Below are positions 10,049 through 18,242 of a stretch of 58,975 nt of DNA, in pieces. Every line of letters begins with the position of its first letter. The first letter of the stretch is position 1. Origin of the DNA: Patescibacteria group bacterium. Its GTDB lineage: Bacteria; Patescibacteriota; JABMPQ01. The notes under the pieces are model-generated. The model had not been told where the DNA came from. It was given only the letters and a program-made list of their open reading frames with translations, and did no database searches. The position numbers were made by a program, and so were the translations under genes. Location of the stretch: assembly GCA_018818965.1 (NCBI GenBank), contig JAHJQX010000043.1, positions 1 through 58,975 on the forward strand. Reading direction: 5' to 3'.

Positions 10049-10054
10049 AATATT

Positions 10055-11305
10055 TTACTGCGCAAAAGCAAACATCTGCTGCTGAGTGTAAGCTGGTTCT
10101 TCAATTTCTTCTGTGACCTCGCCATTTAACATTTTAATAACGGTATCACCAATATGATAACCTAAATTCACCGGCACCGCATTGCCAATTTGCTTGTACT
10201 GCTGTGAAATAGATCCGGCAAACTTCCAGCTATCAGGAAATGATTGGATTCGTGCGTATTCCCGCACTGTCAGTGGCCTAGTTTCTTTGGGATGACAACG
10301 CTCAGTTTGCTTTTGCGCGGGACTGCAAGTTAAAGTCAATGATGGCTCATCCCATGATAAACGTCTGGCCATTCCTGTTTTTCCTCCACCCATATAAAAA
10401 CTAGCTCCCATATATTCTTTTTGTAGTTTTTCTGGTAATTCTCGCCAATATCCGCCAGGTGGTATCATTTCGAGAATTTTACGCTTTTTTTCGGGATATT
10501 TCTGGCCTTCGGACTTGGGACATTTGTACAAAGCCTCGCGCAAGGTGACTATATAGTCTTTTTCCTGAGGAAATACGATCGGGATATCTAAGTCCTTCCT
10601 GACGCCGATGATTATCAAGCGCTCCCTTTTTTGTGATACATCGAGATATTGTGATCTAAGAACCTTGTATTTTACTTTGTAGCCAAGTTTTTCTAAGACG
10701 GAGACCATTGTCTTGAGTGTCCGGCCGCCATCATGATTTAGTAGGCCTTTTACATTTTCGCCAATGGCAATTTTAGGTTTAACTTCCTTGATACACCGAG
10801 CAAATTCAAAAAATAATGTTCCACGGATATCTTCAAAGCCCATTTTTTTACCAGCGTAGGAAAAAGTTTGGCAAGGAAACCCTCCTTGAACAATATCAGC
10901 CTGTCCTTTTTTAAATTTTAAGTTTTTGACATCATCCTCAATTACATTCCAGTCTGGCCTGTTTGTTCGCAGCGTCTGGCAGGCATGTTTATCAAATTCA
11001 TTTAACAAAACATGTTCAATTCCAGCATTTTCCATGCCAAGGGCAGTTCCACCAGCGCCAGCGAATAATTCAATCGCCGTATATGGGGATTTTTCCCTAT
11101 TTTTTAATATTTTAAATTTTTTGCTCTTGCCTTTGGTTTTATTTTGTATCCTTTTTATTTCCTCCAAGCCAAATATCCGAGCATTTTTTTCATCGCGGAA
11201 TGATTTTATCAAACCTTTTTTATCCCACCTTCTAATCGTATCAATTGAAATACTTAGTAAAGCTGCAGTTTCACCAGCAGTTAAATATTTTTGGGTATTT
11301 TTCAT
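10055..11305 (-). CDS. C5 DNA cytosine methyltransferase with N-terminal MerR-type HTH (Eco47II/Sau96I-like)
   Basis: ELFAGAGG, GGFPCQ, ENVKGL, QKRER and IGNAVP motifs; N-terminal T.GE.A.LL.IS..TIRRWD; TRD GGKTGMARRLSW...QKQTERCHP. Confidence 0.93.
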   Translation of the reverse strand: MKNTQKYLTAGETAALLSISIDTIRRWDKKGLIKSFRDEKNARIFGLEEIKRIQNKTKGKSKKFKILKNREKSPYTAIELFAGAGGTALGMENAGIEHVLLNEFDKHACQTLRTNRPDWNVIEDDVKNLKFKKGQADIVQGGFPCQTFSYAGKKMGFEDIRGTLFFEFARCIKEVKPKIAIGENVKGLLNHDGGRTLKTMVSVLEKLGYKVKYKVLRSQYLDVSQKRERLIIIGVRKDLDIPIVFPQEKDYIVTLREALYKCPKSEGQKYPEKKRKILEMIPPGGYWRELPEKLQKEYMGASFYMGGGKTGMARRLSWDEPSLTLTCSPAQKQTERCHPKETRPLTVREYARIQSFPDSWKFAGSISQQYKQIGNAVPVNLGYHIGDTVIKMLNGEVTEEIEEPAYTQQQMFAFAQ

Positions 11306-11346
11306 CTAAAAAACGCTAAGTAATTAACCTAGCGTCATTATATCAA

Positions 11347-11372
11347 ATAACCTTTGCCTAGGCAATGGTTAT
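11347..11372. promoter_or_regulatory. Palindromic candidate operator upstream of the MTase
   Basis: ATAACC-t-TTGCCTAGGCAA-t-GGTTAT dyad about 40 bp before the MTase start. Confidence 0.45.
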
Positions 11373-12076
11373 TTTGTGGAGAAAGCCAGCTCAAATAGTT
11401 TAAAATACTCTTTGGCCTCTTGCGAATTTAATTTATATTTATGTTTATCAACAATAACTTGTGGCAATACTTCAAACAGCTCTTGTAGGGCATTCTTTCT
11501 TCCAGTCGCCAATTTATAAAAACTTACTCCGTCAATCATTCTTATTCTATTTCTAGTTGGGCGGCACTTTCCTGTTTTGCTGTCCGACGGGGTAAATGGC
11601 TTATCGTACTTTTTCTTCCCTCGAGGTATAACCTCCACATAATAGCCGACATAATCATTATATTCCGGTAATTTTATTTTTTCCTTAATAGCATCATAAA
11701 TCTCAACCTTATGGTTACCTTTGGTGGTGTTATATTTGTTTTTTATCTCAGCAATGATTTTCTTTTTTTTATTGATGACATCTAAGCCGCCGCTAAAACC
11801 CAAATTCTTCCAGCCAACTATGTTGCCCAATATTTCTTGATGAAAATCACCAATCGCGTTTTGCATCGTTTTTTGAATCTGTCTAGTCTTTTCTTGCCTG
11901 ACCCAGGCTTTATATGAAATTGAATGCGTCACTCCGTGAAATAGAGCCGAAAAGGGGTCTAGGACATTACTATATAGCTTAGTTTCGGCATCATGTTCGG
12001 CTATTTCGATTATTTCTACTACTCTGGCAACAGCGGAGCAGAGATTTTTATCGGAGATGTATTTTAGGTAGGGCAT
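11369..12076 (-). CDS. Type II restriction endonuclease, Eco47II family
   Basis: DPFSA.F, RQ.QKT.QN.IG.FHQ, GLDV...AEIKNKYNT (PD-D/ExK), IDG.SFY..ATG; adjacent to the C5 MTase. Start placed at MPYL (12076); track start 12106 overlaps the HNH gene. Confidence 0.85.
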   Translation of the reverse strand: MPYLKYISDKNLCSAVARVVEIIEIAEHDAETKLYSNVLDPFSALFHGVTHSISYKAWVRQEKTRQIQKTMQNAIGDFHQEILGNIVGWKNLGFSGGLDVINKKKKIIAEIKNKYNTTKGNHKVEIYDAIKEKIKLPEYNDYVGYYVEVIPRGKKKYDKPFTPSDSKTGKCRPTRNRIRMIDGVSFYKLATGRKNALQELFEVLPQVIVDKHKYKLNSQEAKEYFKLFELAFSTK

Positions 12077-12095
12077 GGGGGTGGTTTGTCTTAAT

Positions 12096-12596
12096 TTAAT
12101 ACTCAAATTTATCGCTTTTACTGTTAATCCAATTATCTATAAACTGTTTGCCTTTCTCGGTTAATATAATAACAAATTCTGTGTCTTCTCTTATTCCATC
12201 GCTGTAGGTAAAATAAGTAATTGTATTTACGTTTTGAACCAACCCATCGTCAATAAGATTCTGTACCAGTAGATACCCACGCACAATAACTTTTTCTTTG
12301 TCTCTTAAATAATTAAGGGTATTTAATTCAAATTTTGTATATCTGTCAGACAAGAAAATCAACTTTTGTTTATATATTAACATAGACTTCTTGTCTATTT
12401 CTCCATTATCATAGCGTGTATGACAGTTTGGACATACAGCGATTAGATTTTCATATTTGTGTTCTTTTGTTTTTGTCCACGATTCAATATGTGCGATTTC
12501 CGTTGTTGGAAATCTACAGCTTGGAATGGCGCATCTATGCCCAGCTTCGACTATTATCTTTCTTTTTAAATTTCTAGGAATTTGCGACCGAGTCAT
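12096..12596 (-). CDS. HNH endonuclease
   Basis: EAGHRCAIPSC...IAHI...H..ENLIAVCPNCH. Confidence 0.88.
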   Translation of the reverse strand: MTRSQIPRNLKRKIIVEAGHRCAIPSCRFPTTEIAHIESWTKTKEHKYENLIAVCPNCHTRYDNGEIDKKSMLIYKQKLIFLSDRYTKFELNTLNYLRDKEKVIVRGYLLVQNLIDDGLVQNVNTITYFTYSDGIREDTEFVIILTEKGKQFIDNWINSKSDKFEY

Positions 12597-12657
12597 TAAA
12601 TTTCTTTTAAATAATTTTTATCAAAACTCCTACGAAAGCACCCCCTAATAAATGACT

Positions 12658-13575
12658 TTACTCGGACTCAATTTCTGCTAACTTCTTTTCTAGAGAGCGT
12701 ATCCCACTGCGAAATATTGTAGCATACGTCATACGATAAACTGTTTGGACATATCGAGCTTTGGCAGCAAACCCGATGTGCTGGAAATATTTTTTAACAC
12801 TTCGTTCCTTTATGGCCCATCCTATACCAGCAACTGCGTTCCAGACGGTAATTTTAACTGGTCCTTGCTCAGTTTGTAATTCTGAAGGTACAAGACCAGT
12901 ATCAATAAGGTAGGGTTGGTCACCTTGGATTCTAATATTGGCTGAATCAAGTGCATTGGCGGGACGCTTCCAATCTCTAGCCTTGCCGTAGAAATCTATT
13001 ATTTCTTTTTCCGCTTCTTGAAAAGAAAGTACGCCATTCATAAGCTCTATGAGATTGCGAAGTAATTTTGGATTATTCAAGTCCTCTTCGGTAATTTCAT
13101 GGAGTGCTTTTCCTTCTATCTTTGTTTGTCGCATAGCTGGCCTACCTTTTAATTCATCGGGTATGTCGTCTCCTGATAAAGCCTCAATAAATTCTGTTTC
13201 GGGGAGAAACTTGCCAATATGCTCCTTTAGTCTCTCGAATAATTCAGCATTTCTGCGAAGAAATTCTACCGGGTAGCCAGGCTTTCCCACTTTCAATACT
13301 GTACCATCTTGAGCATCATATACTAAACTTTCTCCGCCCTCTCCTATAAGATCCATTGAATGCCGTGCCTTATCGTCAGCTCCGATTTCTTGAACTCGAT
13401 TCCGAAGAGCCTCTATTTCTGCATCCCTGCGCTGCTCTTTATTATCTGTTTGTCGAGTCTCGACATCAATTTCTTCTCTTAGTTCCGTACTTTCCGCAGG
13501 TGGCGTTTCTTCGTTCCCGGCCGTTCTGTCTTTTCCTTCCATTCTAATTTTATCGATATGTTTTTCCTTTGACAT
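12658..13575 (-). CDS. Protein-kinase-like fold protein with charged N-terminal tail
   Basis: IGEGGESLVY Gly loop, VLKV lysine, DSANI and LIDTG segments. Confidence 0.55.
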   Translation of the reverse strand: MSKEKHIDKIRMEGKDRTAGNEETPPAESTELREEIDVETRQTDNKEQRRDAEIEALRNRVQEIGADDKARHSMDLIGEGGESLVYDAQDGTVLKVGKPGYPVEFLRRNAELFERLKEHIGKFLPETEFIEALSGDDIPDELKGRPAMRQTKIEGKALHEITEEDLNNPKLLRNLIELMNGVLSFQEAEKEIIDFYGKARDWKRPANALDSANIRIQGDQPYLIDTGLVPSELQTEQGPVKITVWNAVAGIGWAIKERSVKKYFQHIGFAAKARYVQTVYRMTYATIFRSGIRSLEKKLAEIESE

Positions 13576-13589
13576 TGTTTATATTTTTT

Positions 13590-14345
13590 CTACAAAAGTA
13601 CCCCTTCCAACTTCTCCTTCACCCCATATATTTCGAGTAGCTCCTCAATGCGCTGACGAGTTGCCACATTTTCCAGCACCTTCTTAAATTCTGGATCGGG
13701 ATTATCTAGTGGTCCGCGGCACCCTTGGCAAATCATCCCTCCGCCTGGACATACGGCCTCGCATCCTCCTAATATAACTGGTCCCAGACACGGCTCACCT
13801 TGCTGCAAGAGACACGGAAACCCATGAATCTGACACTCATAGCACACCGGCCGCTGTGGGATCTTAGGAATCCGACCAGCCAAGAGCTCGTAGGTAAATC
13901 GAATAAATTCATCAGCGTTGATCGGACACCCTGGAATAGTAAAGTCCACCTTCACAAAGTCCGAGATCGGCTGCACTAGTTCGTCATGAATGCCCTTAGC
14001 ATCGGGATAGACAAACTCCGCCTTACAAACATCGCGACGATAGTTCTTTATCTTAAACATCCCGCCCTCAGCCGCGCAATTTCCCAGCGCCACGACCAGC
14101 TTTGACTTCTCGCGTAGCTTCTTTAGATCTGTAAAATTATCCTTGGTAATCGGCGGTCCTTCGATAAAAGTAATATCATAGCTGTCTTCGGCCGGCAGCT
14201 CCTCGATCAAATGAAAATCCACCACCTCTACTCGCTCGGTCAATTCAAAAAAACGCTTTCCCTTATCGAGAATGGCAAATTCACATCCTTCACAGTCGGA
14301 GAGAGCAATCAGGGCTACTTTTGGTTTGGCAATTTTATTTTTCAT
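13590..14345 (-). CDS. hydD: [NiFe]-hydrogenase small (delta) subunit, group 3b-like
   Basis: SDCEGC, GNCA, IPGCP; C-terminal VCYEC, CLGPV, C..C.GCRG FeS motifs. Confidence 0.9.
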   Translation of the reverse strand: MKNKIAKPKVALIALSDCEGCEFAILDKGKRFFELTERVEVVDFHLIEELPAEDSYDITFIEGPPITKDNFTDLKKLREKSKLVVALGNCAAEGGMFKIKNYRRDVCKAEFVYPDAKGIHDELVQPISDFVKVDFTIPGCPINADEFIRFTYELLAGRIPKIPQRPVCYECQIHGFPCLLQQGEPCLGPVILGGCEAVCPGGGMICQGCRGPLDNPDPEFKKVLENVATRQRIEELLEIYGVKEKLEGVLL

Positions 14346-15097
14346 GTCTTTTTATATCCTAAAATTATATATTCGGAGATATCTGCTGGCATGCCGGGAT
14401 ACACTTTGCTAATAAATTCCTCTGGAAACAACGGATATTCTTCAAGCAGTCTAGCAAAGCCCAATCCTTCTAAAATATTGTCATATTCCTTTTTGCTGCG
14501 ATGAAATATCTCAACCCGCCTATTTTCCCTAAAATTCAGGATTAATTTACTTATTCCTTGACTGTCTTCCGGCTGTTCGTAGTCGATATTATTCTCTAGT
14601 GCCCGGCGCACCCATTCTTCGTTAAACACAGCAAAGCATAGCAGCCCGCCCTCATTTAAGCTCTGCTGCAGATCTCGCATGACGCTCTCTATCTCTTCAA
14701 TAAACGGAAACACTAATACTGATACAATAACATTAAATTTGCCATCTTTGGCCGCTATTTCAAGCACTTTCTTGCTATCGCCCAGATGTAAATCAACTGT
14801 GTCGCCAACATTTTTCCTCGCTGCGTCAATCATACCCTCTGAATAGTCCACGCCAGTTGTCGCCAGGCCCATAGCAGCTAATTTTTCACAAACCTCACCC
14901 GCCCCACAGCCAAAATCCAGCGCTCGCTGACCGTCCATATCCTTCACATTCTCCTTAATAAACTTTTCCATCACTGGCCAAGCAAAATATAAATTCTCGG
15001 CTGCCTCTGGTTCGATCTCATCACTACCGGCAAAATTGTTAAAGTACTGCTTACTCAATTTATCCCAGACAGCCTGATTATTTTTATCTTTATTCAT
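14342..15097 (-). CDS. Class I SAM-dependent methyltransferase
   Basis: ALDFGCGAG, GVDYS..MI..AR; start reassigned to ATG 15097 because the track start lies inside a palindrome. Confidence 0.88.
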   Translation of the reverse strand: MNKDKNNQAVWDKLSKQYFNNFAGSDEIEPEAAENLYFAWPVMEKFIKENVKDMDGQRALDFGCGAGEVCEKLAAMGLATTGVDYSEGMIDAARKNVGDTVDLHLGDSKKVLEIAAKDGKFNVIVSVLVFPFIEEIESVMRDLQQSLNEGGLLCFAVFNEEWVRRALENNIDYEQPEDSQGISKLILNFRENRRVEIFHRSKKEYDNILEGLGFARLLEEYPLFPEEFISKVYPGMPADISEYIILGYKKT

Positions 15098-15109
15098 AAT
15101 ATTGTATGG

Positions 15110-15141
15110 TGAGCTTGTCGAACCATCCTTCGACAAGCTCA
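15110..15141. repeat. REP-like perfect inverted repeat
   Basis: TGAGCTTGTCGAA-ccatcc-TTCGACAAGCTCA, 13 bp stem. Confidence 0.75.
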
Positions 15142-15145
15142 GGAA

Positions 15146-15934
15146 TTATATCACAAATGAATTAGCCAAATTAATACTCAACTCTGTATAGTAGCGCAAA
15201 TTATGTCGCTGCGCCTCGCTGATCTTATCGCAGACCCAGTCCCAGTGAATCGTCACCCAGTCATTTATTTTAATGCCGGCCACAAAACTCGACTCATTCT
15301 TCTGCCACTGGCACCATTTGTCTTGAGCCTCACCCAGCGCCAACCGCCCGTTCTCATGCACTAGCGGATAATACTTGACCAACACCTTACCGTCATTTAC
15401 CTGCTTTACCTGCCCCCAGCTAATCTTGCAGGCATCCATCGTTTCCACCGTATGCTCGACTGGATAATGGCCGGTGCGCTTAGGGATACTGATGACGTGA
15501 AAATTGTGATGCGGTAGGGCTCCTTCGGGAATCGTGCCCACTACTTTCTTAAACAATGCCGGTTTGAGCTTTTTTTTCAGCTCTTGCGCCTCTACTAGGT
15601 GCTCGTACAGCTGGCTCTTTTGCACTCCTAACAGTAAACTATTTCCCAGCCAGTAAGCTTCAGCCACCCGGCGGTCAAAAATATCTTTAAGATGATTCGC
15701 TCCGGCAATTAGCTTTAAATAAGGATACAGCGTCGCAAACTCCTCCAGTATTTGAACTAATCCCTCAATCTTTTCCCCGCTAACATTTCCATTATTTCGA
15801 ACACTTTCAACGCCCTGTGTCGCATACTCAAACAACGTCAAATTATCATCGCCGCCACAATATTGCAGCTTATTGGGCATATAGGCGTAGCGGCTACAGA
15901 GAACCGCGCCGTTATTAGGTGAGGCTGGCAACAT
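15146..15934 (-). CDS. DUF6390-like hydrogenase-associated protein
   Basis: RYAYMPN.L.YCG, PYL.LIA, EAYWLGN, PHHNFHV, C.ISWG, DWVTIHWDWVC. Confidence 0.75.
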   Translation of the reverse strand: MLPASPNNGAVLCSRYAYMPNKLQYCGGDDNLTLFEYATQGVESVRNNGNVSGEKIEGLVQILEEFATLYPYLKLIAGANHLKDIFDRRVAEAYWLGNSLLLGVQKSQLYEHLVEAQELKKKLKPALFKKVVGTIPEGALPHHNFHVISIPKRTGHYPVEHTVETMDACKISWGQVKQVNDGKVLVKYYPLVHENGRLALGEAQDKWCQWQKNESSFVAGIKINDWVTIHWDWVCDKISEAQRHNLRYYTELSINLANSFVI

Positions 15935-16826
15935 GGGGTTTCGGTGATTTCTTTTCTAATCGATACGTGTAGGCCACAAATACAGCCACGGCCACCAAGC
16001 TCAGTCCTATTCCTAGCCATTTGTCCGGTGTTGGCAATACTCCTTTATAAATTGCATCCAAAATAGTTGTAATCGGAAAGGCTAACACTAAGATGCTCGC
16101 CACCACTGACGCCTTCTCATAAACCAGGGCATGATACCAAGCCAGCACGTAGCCACTAAGTAGCAGCACACTAAGTCCGATCCAGAGCCACTGGCCGCCA
16201 TTTAACGTAGATATGCCAGCAAATCCCGAGGTAAAAGACAAATATATTAGCAAAATAACGGAACCAAAAAACATTCGCGCCCAGGCCACAATCTTCGGAT
16301 CAACTGTGCTGAGAGTCTTTTTGGCAATCACGTTTTCTACCGACCACAGCAGAGTCGCGCCTAGGATCATTATTTCTGCCCAACCAAAGGTAAAAGCTTT
16401 AAGGCCAACCACTAGTCCGATACCAACCAGCATCACTCCCAGAGCCAACCACTGCACCTTACTGATCTTTTCTTTCAAAAACGCGATTGCCATTATACTT
16501 ACCCAAATAAACAGTGTCTTATGAACAAACCCGCCCATCGCCGCTGAAGTCATACTCAGCCCTTTAAAAAACAACAAAAATGGCAAACTACCGCCAATCA
16601 CGCCAATTGCCAATAATTTGTACCAATCGGCTCGTTTAATCTCGCGCAACTTCCGCCAAGTTAGCGGCAATAACACAATTGAGCTAAGCACGACCGCCAC
16701 CAACACATTCTTTAGCGTCGTAAATTGATACGGGTCAATATTTCCGGTGACCGCAAACTTGTTGAAGAATACAGCGAATCCACTAATTACAGCTGTGGCG
16801 AAGGCTAATTTGATACCTTTGGACAT
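15915..16826 (-). CDS. EamA/DMT family transporter
   Basis: About 10 TM helices in two repeats; FLKEKI motif. Confidence 0.85.
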   Translation of the reverse strand: MSKGIKLAFATAVISGFAVFFNKFAVTGNIDPYQFTTLKNVLVAVVLSSIVLLPLTWRKLREIKRADWYKLLAIGVIGGSLPFLLFFKGLSMTSAAMGGFVHKTLFIWVSIMAIAFLKEKISKVQWLALGVMLVGIGLVVGLKAFTFGWAEIMILGATLLWSVENVIAKKTLSTVDPKIVAWARMFFGSVILLIYLSFTSGFAGISTLNGGQWLWIGLSVLLLSGYVLAWYHALVYEKASVVASILVLAFPITTILDAIYKGVLPTPDKWLGIGLSLVAVAVFVAYTYRLEKKSPKPHVASLT

Positions 16827-16840
16827 ATTATTATTTTTAA

Positions 16841-16918
16841 TTGGTTTCCGCTATTGCTGCCGAGCGAACATTGGGAGCTGAAGGCTCACAGTGAGCGGGC
16901 AGTAATAGTGGGAGCCAA
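16841..16918. repeat. Intergenic long imperfect hairpin (family A)
   Basis: TTGGTTTCCGCTATTGCTGCC ... GGCAGTAATAGTGGGAGCCAA; the non-Watson-Crick pairs are G:T on the + strand. Confidence 0.75.
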
Positions 16919-16920
16919 TA

Positions 16921-17133
16921 TTATTTAGCTTTATTAAAATAATCTAATACTTCTTTGGCTTCAGCCTCCGATATCTTCTCAGTCGCCAGATTAGCTTGGG
17001 TAAGTAGCCAGTCGCCCTGCTTGGCCTTGGGCACTAGCTTGAGGCTCACCACTAGCGTCTTATCTCCTTGCTCGACCTCTGCCTGCTCGTCGGGTAGGAG
17101 CTTTTTAATTTGTACCGGTATTGCGAAACACAT
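16921..17133 (-). CDS. hypC: HypC/HupF hydrogenase chaperone
   Basis: MCFAIP N-terminus; GDWLL OB-fold; canonical His replaced by Q. Confidence 0.85.
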   Translation of the reverse strand: MCFAIPVQIKKLLPDEQAEVEQGDKTLVVSLKLVPKAKQGDWLLTQANLATEKISEAEAKEVLDYFNKAK

Positions 17134-17150
17134 ATCGTTTTAACCTATTA

Positions 17151-17269
17151 AAGGGTTAATATTGTTCTTTTTCGCAGTTGCAGGTGCCCGAGCCCCGACT
17201 TTGTCGGAGCGAGCCCCGCCTCGGCGGGATTAAAATTCTGCAACCAGAAAAAGGATAATGTTGACCCTT
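17151..17269. repeat. Intergenic long imperfect hairpin (family A, copy 2)
   Basis: AAGGGTTAATATTGTTCTTTTTC ... GAAAAAGGATAATGTTGACCCTT; homologous to 18131-18226. Confidence 0.85.
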
Positions 17270-17275
17270 ATCCAA

Positions 17276-18109
17276 CTATATAGCTCCTTTGATACCCTTA
17301 ATCTTATCCCAACTAAATATAGGACCATCCTTGCAGACAAAGTAAGGCCCCACTGCGCAGTGCTCACATTGTCCCACACCACACTCCATCCGTCGTTCGA
17401 GGGACAAATAAATATCCTCATCAGCGAAATCATGCTTCTTCAGTTCATTGACGACAAATTTACACATTACGGGTGGGCCACAGACAATCGCGATCGCATC
17501 TTTGATGACTTCTGTTTTCTCAAATAACTTAGTGATCAGACCAATATCACAATACACGCCCTCTATTTTCTCGCCTTCCTTGCCTTCGTCTAGCGTCAGA
17601 TGCATGTCTATCTTCTGACACCACTTATCATAATCTTTCTCAAACAACAATCCCTCTTTATTTTTACTGCCATAAAATACTTGAATGTCTTTGGGATATT
17701 CGTCCGGATTATCGCAGGCAGTCTCTAAAAGTGAGCGAAAAGGTATCATACCAATACCACCGGCCACAATAAGCATATTCCGTTTCTTTATCACATCCGT
17801 CGTAAAACCATTGCCATAGGGACCACGCACGCCGATAGTGTCGCCTACCTTGAGCTCATGCAAACGCTTCGTTAACAACCCGATCTCCCGTACACAGATT
17901 TCAAAATATTTACGCTGACTCTGTGATGAACAATAGGCCACCGGCGCTTCACCGTAGCCGGGCAGCGATATTTCCATGATCTGGCCGGGATAAAACTCAG
18001 GCGCGCCAACAGAGCCACCTACCATCTCCAATCGAAAAAGCTTCACGTCAGCACTATCCCGAGTGATTTTGATTATCTTCGCCTCTTGTGTTTGATATTG
18101 ATTTTTCAT
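17276..18109 (-). CDS. hydG: Sulfhydrogenase gamma subunit (FAD/NAD-binding, 2Fe-2S)
   Basis: PGQ, RGPYGNGF, AGGIG, CGPPVM, LERRMECGVGQCEHC, CKDGP. Confidence 0.9.
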   Translation of the reverse strand: MKNQYQTQEAKIIKITRDSADVKLFRLEMVGGSVGAPEFYPGQIMEISLPGYGEAPVAYCSSQSQRKYFEICVREIGLLTKRLHELKVGDTIGVRGPYGNGFTTDVIKKRNMLIVAGGIGMIPFRSLLETACDNPDEYPKDIQVFYGSKNKEGLLFEKDYDKWCQKIDMHLTLDEGKEGEKIEGVYCDIGLITKLFEKTEVIKDAIAIVCGPPVMCKFVVNELKKHDFADEDIYLSLERRMECGVGQCEHCAVGPYFVCKDGPIFSWDKIKGIKGAI

Positions 18110-18130
18110 AACTAGTGTCAATTACTCTAA

Positions 18131-18226
18131 AGGGATTAGTGTTGTTCTTTTTCACAGCTGCGGGTGTCTGAGCTCCGCCTCAGCGGAGCGAGTTCCGCAG
18201 CAAGAAAAAGAATAATACTGATCCCT
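18131..18226. repeat. Intergenic long imperfect hairpin (family A, copy 3)
   Basis: AGGGATTAGTGTTGTTCTTTTT ... AAAAAGAATAATACTGATCCCT; homologous to 17151-17269. Confidence 0.85.
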
Positions 18227-18242
18227 CACCAGCCTTCACCAG

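Noticed and set aside
16841-18226. CRISPR array or integron attC sites
   Set aside because: No regularly spaced identical repeats or cas genes, and no RYYYAAC/GTTRRRY ends recognised.
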